From Histomonas meleagridis 2922-C6/04-290x (Eukaryota; Protista; Parabasalia), in NCBI GenBank assembly GCA_020184695.1, contig JAANOX010000002.1:62001-126000 (forward strand): 64,000 nucleotides of DNA, read 5' to 3'. This document shows positions 11,078 to 21,753 of the stretch, in pieces (within the stretch, counting starts at the first letter, position 1; every line of letters starts with the position of its first letter). Both the position numbers and the translations under genes were made by a program. The notes beneath the pieces were generated by a model, which saw only the letters and a list, made by a program, of their open reading frames with translations, made no database searches and had not been told where the DNA came from.

Positions 11078-12298
11078 TTAACAATCGATATTTTTCAAAA
11101 TGTTAAAATATTCTTCAATTTCATTAACTTTTTCCATCAACAAATTTAATTGATTATAATTTGTCTTTATATGAATTGTTGCTTTAATATCATTTAACGC
11201 ATTATTTAAGTTATCATACAACTCATGAAGTGTTGGTGCGTTTTTAGCTTCAGCCAATTCCTTAAGTTTAATATTTCTGCTGAATAAATCATCAATTCTT
11301 TCGTTTACGCCATTAATTACTTCATCATTGATTATAACAATTTTGTTCAACTCGTTCTTTAAGTTTATTAATTTCTCATAAATTTCTTGGATTTCAGGAT
11401 TATAAATATTAATGTTATCATTGTTTAAATTAAGTTTGTCTTGTATAGTCTTAATGTTTGTTTCATTGTTGTCTCGAAGTTTCTCTTCTTCGTTTATCAT
11501 TGATTTACAAAGTAAAGTTTCAATGTTTGCGCAATTAATTTGACTTTGTAACTCAATACTTAGTAAATGAAGTTGCTTAAGAGATGTGATACTCAGCTTG
11601 GATTGATCTAGAAAGTTGGATTCTAAGATTTGCTTGAAGTTATCAAACGAAATTCCTTTGATGTTTTCCGAAATTTCAGAATTTTCAGGATACGTTAAAA
11701 AACATTTTAATAAAAATTCATATCTTGAATGTGAGGATTCAAACTTGGCATCATTGCTTTTGATAACGCGTAAAAGAAGTGCTGGAGGAAGTTGAAAGAT
11801 ATCTTCTTCATTTATTTGATTGACATGATCAAGAAGAAATTGGAATTTATCATCTGGTATGTTTGGATACAAACAAAGAAGCGTAGAACAAATGTTTTCG
11901 AGTGTGCTTGAGGAGTTGATAATGTTTTGGATTTTACCAATAAGAGATGATATTTCAAAATAATGAGCTGATTCATTGATAGATAATATGTTTTTTGTAG
12001 TTATAGAAATTTCTTTGCCATTTAAGAATGAGGCTATGGAAGGGAAAACATAATTTTGATCATTAATCTCAATTTTAATAACCTGTGAGTCATTGCGTGA
12101 ATTATGTTCATTGATTAATTTTTTGAAGAATGTTGACTGAGAAGAAATAAGAAATGTATTGAAACTGTATTCTTTATCATTAACAACAATTGTTAAATCG
12201 CGGGGCAAATTCGAGAAGTATGTACCCAATTCTCCTTTTGATAGATGTTGCAGTAAAATTTGATTTTCTTTCTTTTTTGTCGCTTCTTTCCTCAACAT
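11078..12298 (-). CDS. BTB/POZ-like domain protein with C-terminal coiled coil
   Basis: DLTIVVNDKEYSFNTFLISSQSTFF ... FLNGKEISITTKNILSINESAHYFEISSL matches the BTB pattern. Confidence 0.65.
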   Translation of the reverse strand: MLRKEATKKKENQILLQHLSKGELGTYFSNLPRDLTIVVNDKEYSFNTFLISSQSTFFKKLINEHNSRNDSQVIKIEINDQNYVFPSIASFLNGKEISITTKNILSINESAHYFEISSLIGKIQNIINSSSTLENICSTLLCLYPNIPDDKFQFLLDHVNQINEEDIFQLPPALLLRVIKSNDAKFESSHSRYEFLLKCFLTYPENSEISENIKGISFDNFKQILESNFLDQSKLSITSLKQLHLLSIELQSQINCANIETLLCKSMINEEEKLRDNNETNIKTIQDKLNLNNDNINIYNPEIQEIYEKLINLKNELNKIVIINDEVINGVNERIDDLFSRNIKLKELAEAKNAPTLHELYDNLNNALNDIKATIHIKTNYNQLNLLMEKVNEIEEYFNILKNIDC

Positions 12299-12721
12299 CT
12301 AGAAGCCGTTAAAATTTTTACACACGTTTTCTCGTATTTTTCCAGTGGAATCAATTCTTTTATTTTCTAATTATTATAAAGTAGATTTATTTGACATGTT
12401 TTTTATATGTTAAAAGTTTGGGTTATATAAAATAATAATTTGATTGATTTTATAAATACGTGTGAATTCTTATAAAATTTATAGATACAAACCTATTACT
12501 ATGCTTCATAATCTCAATGGTATCCTTTTAAGATTTATTGGTTTATTAAAAATTTGTATCAACCATAATTAGATCTTTCATCCACAATGTTTCTCGTGTA
12601 ATTTTACGAGTCCTCATTTCATTAATTGCCCTTATGAATATTATTGGGCATAAAATTCAAGTTAAACTAAGTGTACTAAATCCTTTTAGTTGAAAGATTA
12701 ATAGAATCGCATTTTATTGCA

Positions 12722-13510
12722 TTACCGATGTGTCCTAATGACTGTTGGATCTTGCTTTTGAGCATTTCTTCTGAATCCGCCGGGAAGAGAAAATTCTATG
12801 GAAACGCGAGATCCCATAACAAACTTTCCAGAGAGCCCGTTGAGCGCTGCTTCTGCCGCCCTGGTATCGTAGTACTCTATGAACCTCTGATTTGGTTTCG
12901 CCGGTGTTCCTCTAATTTGACGAATCTCGCCAAATTGACCAAATGAGGACTCAATGTGCTGATCATTAATTCCACTTGGAAGATGGAAAACAACAATTGT
13001 CCCGTTGTTTGGTGGTTTTTTAGGATCATCAATTTTTGGAAGTGGGGCATATGAAACCATAATAGCATTGCCATGAAGAGTGGTGCCATTTTTCATCTTT
13101 TTAGCTTTCATTGCATCCCTCAAATCATAGTATTCAATAGTAACTACGCCAGAATCCAATTTTGATGTATCAATTGATTTTACCGAGCTTGAAGTAGTAA
13201 ACGCTTCTTCTATTTCAGCTTGAGTCACGTGAGGGTTTATATTCGTGATTGTGATAGTTCTATTTTCTATTTCATTATAATCATTGTATGGAACATAAGA
13301 CTGAAATTGTTGCTGTCCTTGAACAGGCACTTGGAGTGGTGACTCAACACTTGCGTTATTATTTGGATAATTTTCTTCATTTAATAATACTTGGAATGTT
13401 TGTGGTTGAAGCCATGATTCATTAAATTCTGAAAAAGGACCATAAGATGGTGATGTTGAATAGTTCGGTGGTGTTTGAACAAAATCGCTCCAATGACCAG
13501 AATCCGCCAT
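12722..13510 (-). CDS. Mei2/AML-like RNA-binding protein with two RRMs and no C-terminal RRM3
   Basis: NNGTIVVFHL...FGQFGEIRQIRGTPAKPNQRFIEYYDTRAAEAAL closely follows the Mei2/AML RRM2 pattern, and RRM1 has IEYYDLRDA. Confidence 0.75.
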   Translation of the reverse strand: MADSGHWSDFVQTPPNYSTSPSYGPFSEFNESWLQPQTFQVLLNEENYPNNNASVESPLQVPVQGQQQFQSYVPYNDYNEIENRTITITNINPHVTQAEIEEAFTTSSSVKSIDTSKLDSGVVTIEYYDLRDAMKAKKMKNGTTLHGNAIMVSYAPLPKIDDPKKPPNNGTIVVFHLPSGINDQHIESSFGQFGEIRQIRGTPAKPNQRFIEYYDTRAAEAALNGLSGKFVMGSRVSIEFSLPGGFRRNAQKQDPTVIRTHR

Positions 13511-14562
13511 AGGCTATTGTTAATTCAAACAAACCTTTTGAAAAGTTTCGTTCAAACAAAGCTCACCGCTTTTTGACGAACACAATGTTGACGTTAACAA
13601 TGAACCGTGTCAGACATTGAAATCCTATCAATCTTTTGAATTTCCATTTGAATTTTTTCTATGGAATTGATCGACACTTTCCCGCTGATTTGTTTTTAAG
13701 TAATATTATTTTTATTCACATCATAACCGCCAAATATCCTGTTTGATGGTTTTTATCAATTTTGTGTAAAATCAGTTTTTAAGGTAACATAAAAGAAACT
13801 TTTGATATCATAGGAAATGATATCATTTAAATTATTACCTGCTTTGAAGTTACTGATACGCATAATATACTTTAATAAAAGAGTTGATTTTTTTAAGTAT
13901 ATGAAGAATGCCTAAAAAAATTTGGCGAAACTTTTTTAATAATGGATTTTGAATAAAGATTTGGCTTAATTTTCTTTTTGACGTTCATTTTTGGAATAAA
14001 ATAATTTGAGTTCTTCTTTTTGATTTTGCCATTTTGTTTCGAAACAGTTTATAGTAGAAAACTTTGTGTTTTGCACTAAAAAGCTGAAACCTTTCAATAG
14101 TTCCACAAATGTGTTTTGAATTTTCCTTACCTAAAAGCACTTATTTCAATACGTTTAAGTTTTTTGATTATTTTGAGTGACATCCCAATTTTCAGATCAA
14201 AAAGAGTTAACGTTTCTATGATATTGAATTTTGAATTTGAACAAAACGAATCGAACTTCATGAATCCTCAAAGAAGTAATAAAATCAATAGTAGTACAAT
14301 TGCAGCATGTTAAATAAATTCGTAAAGTAATTCTTATATAGACAAATAAATAATTATAATTTATAAATCTTGAGAAATAATATTATAAATTGTTAATTTT
14401 AATATAAACATATAAAATAACTAACAGTGTATGTCATAAAAATGCACGTATAAATCATTTTTATAATGCTCAAAAAAAAATATCTATGTTTTAAATTTCT
14501 TGATTCTTACCGTCAAAATTTTCACACACTTCTGAAAAATTGAATTCCTTTCAAAAAAGATA

Positions 14563-15156
14563 ATGGAAGAAATAGGCGCCACCAAATGGACTCAACCAAA
14601 GCAACCTAAGCAACCTAAGCAAAGCGTTCCAGACGCTAGCACCAGTCAACCGTGTCACCCTGAACAAATTCATCGTCCACCAAATGCATTCATTCTTTAT
14701 TCTCAAGAAATGAGATCATCTGTTCAACAAGAGAATCCAAACCTCTCTAATATTGAGGTATCTCGGCTTCTTGGTAAGATGTGGAAAGAAGTACCAAGTA
14801 GCTCTAAATTGGCTTATAAACAAAGAGCACAAAAGCTTCAAGAAGAATTTAAACAGAAAAATCCCGGATATATGTATGTAAAGGCACGAAGGAAGCGTGC
14901 ACTCAATGAGCTTCTCACAAAAACACAAAACTATCATGGAATGATGGGATTTCCATTTGATACATCACCAAATCTTAATCAATATCAGATTTCTTGCATG
15001 CAGCAATTGTATCAACAGCAAATGGCAAATGGGTACCAAGTTCAAGGAACCATGCCCCAGCAGCAAAATCAAATTTATGGATATCAAACAGGTCAACCAT
15101 TTAACATGCAACAACAATACATGTATCCACAGAATTATCAAATGCAACAATCATAA
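14563..15156 (+). CDS. Single HMG-box (SOX/MATA/Ste11-type) transcription factor with Q-rich tail
   Basis: HRPPNAFILYSQEMR...NPNLSNIEVSRLLGKMWK...YKQRAQKLQEEFKQKNPGYMY, followed by a basic tail and a Q/Y/M-rich region. Confidence 0.9.
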   Translation: MEEIGATKWTQPKQPKQPKQSVPDASTSQPCHPEQIHRPPNAFILYSQEMRSSVQQENPNLSNIEVSRLLGKMWKEVPSSSKLAYKQRAQKLQEEFKQKNPGYMYVKARRKRALNELLTKTQNYHGMMGFPFDTSPNLNQYQISCMQQLYQQQMANGYQVQGTMPQQQNQIYGYQTGQPFNMQQQYMYPQNYQMQQS

Positions 15157-15819
15157 TAAACCAGATTTGATGAGTTTTTTCGCATAAAAACCCGCCAAAA
15201 GTGGAAAATCAAAATAACGATGAGTCACTTCACTTACGATTGAATTTTACGCTGAATTTCCGCGCCAAAAAATGATGTCTTAACGTCATTTAACGTCCTA
15301 TCTCTTGTGTGGAAATTTGTTCAGTTTTGAATCTTTAATTCGATATGAACTTAGCAATAAATTCATTTGATGAAATATATAATAAATTATCTGTTAAAGA
15401 AGATATCAATTGATATATATATGTTTGATCACACCATAATAAATACATCAATTGATATCACATTAATTTACATATATAAATAACTAATTAAATAATAAAG
15501 TTCTTTATTATTGAACATTATTGAAAGCATACACATATAATATAAAATAATTCCAATTTTACTTTCAAATTTGAATTGAGATGTTGTTATTAGTTCTGAA
15601 ATATATCAAAAGCAGATAGATCACTATCGATAGAGAGTTACTGTGCGTAAACTTCTTTGTGATGCTATTTAAAAAATCCATCACAACATCGAGATGGCTC
15701 ATTATACAAAATGGATCTCTGATGGAGTAAATTGTTATTATCTGTACAGGTGGCGAGTTGGCTTTTTAAAAGTAATTAGAACAAACATTTTTTATTCAAA
15801 TTAATTTCTATTTTTATCA

Positions 15820-18639
15820 TTAATAATTCTCCAGTAGTTGCAAGAACCCATTCACAATTTCCACGTTATTTTTAAACAAAATTGCCAACAGTTTTGTTGT
15901 ATTTTCGATCGAAATATTATTCAGCAAAACTTTTTGGATATGACAATTTGTTTGTTTATCCTTTAGCAAACAAATATCGATTACTAATCTCAATATTTGT
16001 TGATTTGTACCCAACCAATTTACAAATAATTGTTGGATATCAGTACATTCACCTTTAATCATCAACAAATATTCGAAAATATTTTTTGCTATTTCTTTTA
16101 GTTCAATAATTTGATCATTATTTTGATTCATCACACCATATAACACTTCAAAGATTTTCAGCGACAAATCATTTTGATCGTTGGCGTTGTTAGTTAACAA
16201 AAGTATTGAAAAAGTTTGCGTTTGGTCTTTGACTAAACCGTTTTCGATAATCAACTTTTCAATCAACTGTTTTTGTTGTAAATTGAGAACGTTATAAATC
16301 TGGAATATTGAAAAAGTGATAATTGGACTCAAGTATTCAATTTCTGCGATTTCACTCATCAAGAAATCAAAAGGAGACGTTATGTTGAGCTGCAGAAACA
16401 TGTCGAACACGTTCATATATAGTTTAATTGCTTGATCATTCTCACTGATTATTATCATTCGGGTTATTGTCCTTAAGGTATCAATGATTAAAGGAGTCTT
16501 TACCTTAATTCCAACGAATAATATGTCAAAGATATTAATCAAAGGAATTAAATCAGTTTCAACATCGAAGTAAATCAGATCTGGAAACAAGAAGTCCAAA
16601 ACTTTTATCAGATATCCTTCGTAATCAGGCATATACTTATAGATCGCCTTAATTATATTCAGCAAAGACTTACAGGCACATTTTTTGCCATTTGTAGATT
16701 GTAGGTGTTGTTTGACTATGTTGATAAGTTTTGATATATTATTTGTGAAAATTTCTTTGCTAATAATCGCACACAAAGTGATTATTAACAATGATTTCTC
16801 AGATGATTTAAATCGTATATTAAATGGTACTATGTCTACACCATTATATATATGTTCTTGTCTTATTAAATCTCTCCATGAATCAGACCAATCAACAGAT
16901 GCCATATTCATTATATATTCCAAATCTAATAATGCAATTGGTATATTTTCACTTGGGAAATATTTTAATATTGTAATAATAATATTTAATGCCGGTATTA
17001 ATATGGAATAATCAATTGTATGAATGATTTGATTTAATTCTTGGAATTTAATGGGGACTTCGGAAACCAATTTAAATGTATTATGTTTAAATAATTGATT
17101 TACCATTCGTAATAATGATGGAATGATTTCTGAGCGTTCTTCCACATTTACACTGCTGAAATATTGGTTTAATGGTGCAAATGTCTCTAAGTATTGACTC
17201 GACTTATCTTTGGAATGTCGAATTAATGAAATTAAGCATTCAATTAAATCACTGTATAAATGCGAGGAAATGGACGGAAATATTTGGAAGACAATGGTGA
17301 CGACTTCATCGAAGATTTCGGTGGTATCACTTAAAGAATCTAAAAGCTGGGAAAATGAATAATAAACATCATTAAGTGGGTTTTGTATTAAGATTTCTAA
17401 CATTTGTTTGATGAGAAATAAAATAGATGGGTGATTATTAACACGTTGAAATACAGATTTGAATTCTGGAAATGAAATAGCAGAAAACAAAAGAATGTGG
17501 TGGTTTTGGCTGGATAAGCATGACGAATATAGGTCACATATTTGTTTGATTTTGTCATCATAAAAATTTTCACAATAATCAGTGGTTGACTTAATGGACA
17601 TAAACGATATAAAACGACCTTCCTCAGTTGATTGAAGGTTTGAACACATTTGCCATATGAATTCCAAGACTGGTATGCCGCCACGTCTTGAGAATGTCGA
17701 AATGCTTGATTCGAAAAAAGTGACGCGAGTGAGCTCAAAGGGGCTGAAAACCGCCGAAAGCAATTGAAAACCAATTTGAATAATATATTGAAATAAACCG
17801 CTTTGAACAAAAAACATTGGAATATTATCAAATAATGTTTCAAATATCCCAAAAAGCATGAGCAATGACTCTATGGGGACATTCTGTTGATTTATGAGAC
17901 TAATGATTTTATGTGAGATAGATTCACAATTGATAATGAAGGGATCATTTTCAATAATTTGATTAAATAATGAACAAACTTGATTGAGAAGTTCAGTGTT
18001 GTTAATACATACATCAAACATTTGAAGATATTGTTCCCATATAAAATCTAAAGATGGGAAAATTCGGAATTTAGTGGCTTCTGATAAAAACTTTAGTGCT
18101 TCTATACATGCATCGATACTGCCTGATTCATGACACTTCATGACACATACTGATAAAAATGATTTTACTTCAATGGCTTGGCAAAACTTCGGATTCTTGC
18201 AAAATAATTTAGAAAGGCACATGACTGTTTCAATTATTTCTAGATTGTCTATTTTTGTCTGTAAAATAGAAAATAAATAATTCAGGTAATTATTGTTAAT
18301 ATATTTCCATAAAATTGAAACTAAGGTATTTCTTATGTTTGCAATTGGCTCACTTAATATGATATTTGTGATGAATTGTAAAAATACATCAAGTTCTTGA
18401 AGAACAGATTTTTCCCAATTTAAATTTAATGATTGTTTGAGGCCAATTGCTGCATGAAGTCTGTAGATAGGGTTATCATTTGTTTTTAGAATATTTGTTA
18501 AAATTGAAATTGAGTATACTGTTTGATAAAAGGCTTCAAGCCAATTTGTTGCAATAGCCACTAAATTATTGTCATTGCTTCTCAAGTTTTGATAATTGGA
18601 AATTACTTTAGCAGTGAGATCATGGAATTCAACGTTCAT
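15820..18639 (-). CDS. Large HEAT/ARM-repeat protein, importin-beta-like
   Basis: 939-aa helical ORF whose N-terminal RLHAAIGLKQSL..W resembles the importin N-terminal domain. Confidence 0.55.
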   Translation of the reverse strand: MNVEFHDLTAKVISNYQNLRSNDNNLVAIATNWLEAFYQTVYSISILTNILKTNDNPIYRLHAAIGLKQSLNLNWEKSVLQELDVFLQFITNIILSEPIANIRNTLVSILWKYINNNYLNYLFSILQTKIDNLEIIETVMCLSKLFCKNPKFCQAIEVKSFLSVCVMKCHESGSIDACIEALKFLSEATKFRIFPSLDFIWEQYLQMFDVCINNTELLNQVCSLFNQIIENDPFIINCESISHKIISLINQQNVPIESLLMLFGIFETLFDNIPMFFVQSGLFQYIIQIGFQLLSAVFSPFELTRVTFFESSISTFSRRGGIPVLEFIWQMCSNLQSTEEGRFISFMSIKSTTDYCENFYDDKIKQICDLYSSCLSSQNHHILLFSAISFPEFKSVFQRVNNHPSILFLIKQMLEILIQNPLNDVYYSFSQLLDSLSDTTEIFDEVVTIVFQIFPSISSHLYSDLIECLISLIRHSKDKSSQYLETFAPLNQYFSSVNVEERSEIIPSLLRMVNQLFKHNTFKLVSEVPIKFQELNQIIHTIDYSILIPALNIIITILKYFPSENIPIALLDLEYIMNMASVDWSDSWRDLIRQEHIYNGVDIVPFNIRFKSSEKSLLIITLCAIISKEIFTNNISKLINIVKQHLQSTNGKKCACKSLLNIIKAIYKYMPDYEGYLIKVLDFLFPDLIYFDVETDLIPLINIFDILFVGIKVKTPLIIDTLRTITRMIIISENDQAIKLYMNVFDMFLQLNITSPFDFLMSEIAEIEYLSPIITFSIFQIYNVLNLQQKQLIEKLIIENGLVKDQTQTFSILLLTNNANDQNDLSLKIFEVLYGVMNQNNDQIIELKEIAKNIFEYLLMIKGECTDIQQLFVNWLGTNQQILRLVIDICLLKDKQTNCHIQKVLLNNISIENTTKLLAILFKNNVEIVNGFLQLLENY

Positions 18640-19297
18640 TATTTGGGTTAACGTATCCTCACATTTTTTTGTGACTTTTCTTCGAATTTTCCCGATATAT
18701 ACGAGTTAGAAATGCAAAAAACATTTAGCCATTTGTTGGAAGACAATAATTCCAATAATATAATAAAATTATATTAAAGGATTTATCGAATTCGGAAACT
18801 TTATAGATAAACATTCCACAAGAACTAGGCATTTGACAAATTTTTGAATTCACAAAAAAAACAAAAATTGAATACTCCAGTCGAAATAATGAAGATGTAT
18901 TCAATTATATAACGAAACAACATTTCCAAAAAACAGTAATTGTTGCGATCATATCCAATTCAAAATTAATCATGACATGTTACATGATAGTTTTGGTGAT
19001 ATTAATGTAAATAAGATTTTATTTTAAAAATAGAATCATGAAACTATATTTCTCGAATATCCTGTGAACAATTACATCGAGTGCTTGAATAATCATCATA
19101 ATTTTGGAAATTATCCAAAATATAATAAATATATGTGTCAATTTTTTTTTTTTCTACTTGTTCACACAACATCTAAAATTAATACCTTACACAGAAAGTA
19201 ATTTTTATAAGGGTTCAAAACATATATTGAAATCTCTTACACGAAAAATATCTTAATTTTTAGCCGGGGTGCCCCTAACAAGTGTTCACAGCAAAAA

Positions 19298-19738
19298 ATG
19301 AGGAAAAAGTCTCGCGTTGTTTTTGTTGGCTGCTTAAATCCCAAAGTTACCGAAGATATATTAAAAGAAAAATTTGAAGAAATTGGCCCAATAGAAAATA
19401 TTAACATTGCAAGAGATAAAGATGGAAAAACAAAATATTTCGCATATGTCACTTATGTTTCACCAGATGATGCAGAAAAGGCAATAAATAAATACGATGA
19501 TACAATTTTTTATGATAGGATTCTGCACGTCGAAACATATCAAAGGAAACGAAGAAATCATTTTGATGAAGAAGGTAAGGATGAAAATAAGGAACCACCA
19601 AGAGCTTCAACACAGCCGCGGCCTAAAGAACCAGAAAATGATAGCAAACATGAAAGTCATCATAAACATCACAAACATGATTCTCAAAAGCATCATCACC
19701 ACCATCATCATAGTCACCACCACAAATCCAGAAAATAA
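19298..19738 (+). CDS. Single-RRM RNA-binding protein with His/Lys-rich tail
   Basis: RNP2 VFVGCL, RNP1 KYFAYVTY, and a C-terminal HHHHHHHSHHHK. Confidence 0.85.
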   Translation: MRKKSRVVFVGCLNPKVTEDILKEKFEEIGPIENINIARDKDGKTKYFAYVTYVSPDDAEKAINKYDDTIFYDRILHVETYQRKRRNHFDEEGKDENKEPPRASTQPRPKEPENDSKHESHHKHHKHDSQKHHHHHHHSHHHKSRK

Positions 19739-20398
19739 GATAAACTTTAACGTAAAAACTAAGAGTTTCTGCTTTTTAATATGTTTTACAATTTTCGTAT
19801 GCCAAACTAAAAAGATAAATTTTGAAGCAGGTTTTTAAAATAGGATCTCTATTTTAATTATTACATGAAGTCTATTCAGATAAGAGCTTAAAAACGGGCG
19901 TCTTTGTTCTAATTAGAATTGCACAGATAATACTTTTGCTATTTTTGAGTGACTGCATGACCATCTTCTAGATACGTGTTATGAAGTTGTTTATTTATAA
20001 TATCCATTTTTAGGGGAATATATATTTACTATTTCAAATAATTTTAAATGTATATCAAATTAACAAAAAATAATATATATATATATATATTTAGTATTAA
20101 TAACAATTCTCTATTGTTCAAATAATATTAAGTGTATAAAATATTTTTTTCATGGAACTCAAATATTAAATATAAAACACGAATTATATTTTGTATATTC
20201 ATATCAATTCCTGATTGTTTGAGAAGAAATTTAATAATTTTCATGTTGTTATAAATATATATATTATTGGATATAAAAATACATTATCTTATAGATGTTT
20301 ATATTTTTTTGAATTTTGCAGAAATTACGAAACATTTTGTAACGTTGTATTTCTATCGGCTATCTATCGTCGTTGCTGAAAAAGTTACAAACGCCAAA

Positions 20399-21085
20399 AT
20401 GCAAAAAAGGACCAGTGTCTACTTAAGAGGTTCTATCAAGAGAAACAGCCGTATGAGTGCGGTTAATTCAAATGCAAGTTCTGTTCTTGCAAGTGCTGGA
20501 GGTTCGCATTCATCATCTTTAATTGTTAGTAATCCTCAAATGCAACCACTTCTCGAATCAATACCTCAACTATCAACAACCCTTCCTGATGATCCAATGG
20601 TCTACTACAAACATTATTTAAAATCAGTTATTCAAATTCCACGTGAATTTATCGTTTTAAGACAAGTTGTTGCGAAGTCTAGCATCTTTAGTACTGTCAA
20701 GCCATCACCATGCTCTTATTCTGCCACGGAAGAAGCTATTAAAATTAAACAAGAAACAGGCGATAAAACTTATCCAATAAATTCAATCGAAAAAATCGAA
20801 TGGGGCGTTGCCGGTGGTCACTCAGGTTCGCTTGGCTACATTAATATAACTATTAAGGGTGATCGCACTCCACTTATTTTGCATGGCCCATCTGAAAGTA
20901 TGGACTTATTATTTGATGCAATTAAGGTACTGCTCAACGAAGATCCAACTACTGCAACATCACAAGCTAGAATTGAGCTGTTCAAGAAGGCACTCCAAAT
21001 GACAGAGGTCGGATTAAAAGAATACGTCGAAATTCCACCACCACCATCAAACTTCAACTTTGTTTGCTCATTCCAGAAGGAATGA
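20399..21085 (+). CDS. Protein with an ELMO-like C-terminal PH domain and proline-rich end
   Basis: Ends ...LLFDAIKVLL...EYVEIPPPPSNFNFV, like the ELMO C-terminus (PPPIPKEPSNYDFV). First ATG at 20399. Confidence 0.5.
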   Translation: MQKRTSVYLRGSIKRNSRMSAVNSNASSVLASAGGSHSSSLIVSNPQMQPLLESIPQLSTTLPDDPMVYYKHYLKSVIQIPREFIVLRQVVAKSSIFSTVKPSPCSYSATEEAIKIKQETGDKTYPINSIEKIEWGVAGGHSGSLGYINITIKGDRTPLILHGPSESMDLLFDAIKVLLNEDPTTATSQARIELFKKALQMTEVGLKEYVEIPPPPSNFNFVCSFQKE

Positions 21086-21753
21086 TAATATTAAAATTCG
21101 GCTTTTTAATTTTTTTTGCAGAAAATCATAAAAAGTGTTGTAAAATTTAAACAAAATAATTCATTCAAATCGGAGAATTTTTCTTTGATGAACTTCATAA
21201 AAATTGAAAGTTGTTATAACAATAATATTATAATATAATTCAAAAATTTCATTTCAACAAATTTTTCTTAAGCGCACCATGTTTCGCTATTTTCCAAGTT
21301 TATTAGCCATTGCCCAATTACGAAAGCACATCTAATAAAGTCCGCTCACCTCATGTTTTTGATCTTTTATTTTTGAAAAATATAATCTTAGCACCAGTTT
21401 TTTTTATGAAATTTATTATTTAAACTAGATCGAAATTATATATATGTTGATCAAAGTCTATAAAACTATATATGATCAAACGTTTCTTTCAAATTAACAC
21501 AATCACTAATTTTCCCACTCCCAATATTTTCCTATAATACAATTATTTTTGATTACTAATTATATTAATATTTGATTTTTAAAAATTTCTTATTGTATGA
21601 GGAGCAAAGCGAAGCAAACAGAGCATTATTGTTAAATATAAACCCGATGATTCTCCATTCATTCGTTTTCTTTATATTAAAGTAATGTTCGTGCGCAGTG
21701 TTTGAAGTATTCGTATTGCATTAAATATATGTAAAATATTTTTACTAAAAATT

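Noticed and set aside
20060-20095. (AT)n microsatellites here and at about 5403-5416
   Set aside because: These are ordinary simple repeats in an AT-rich genome.
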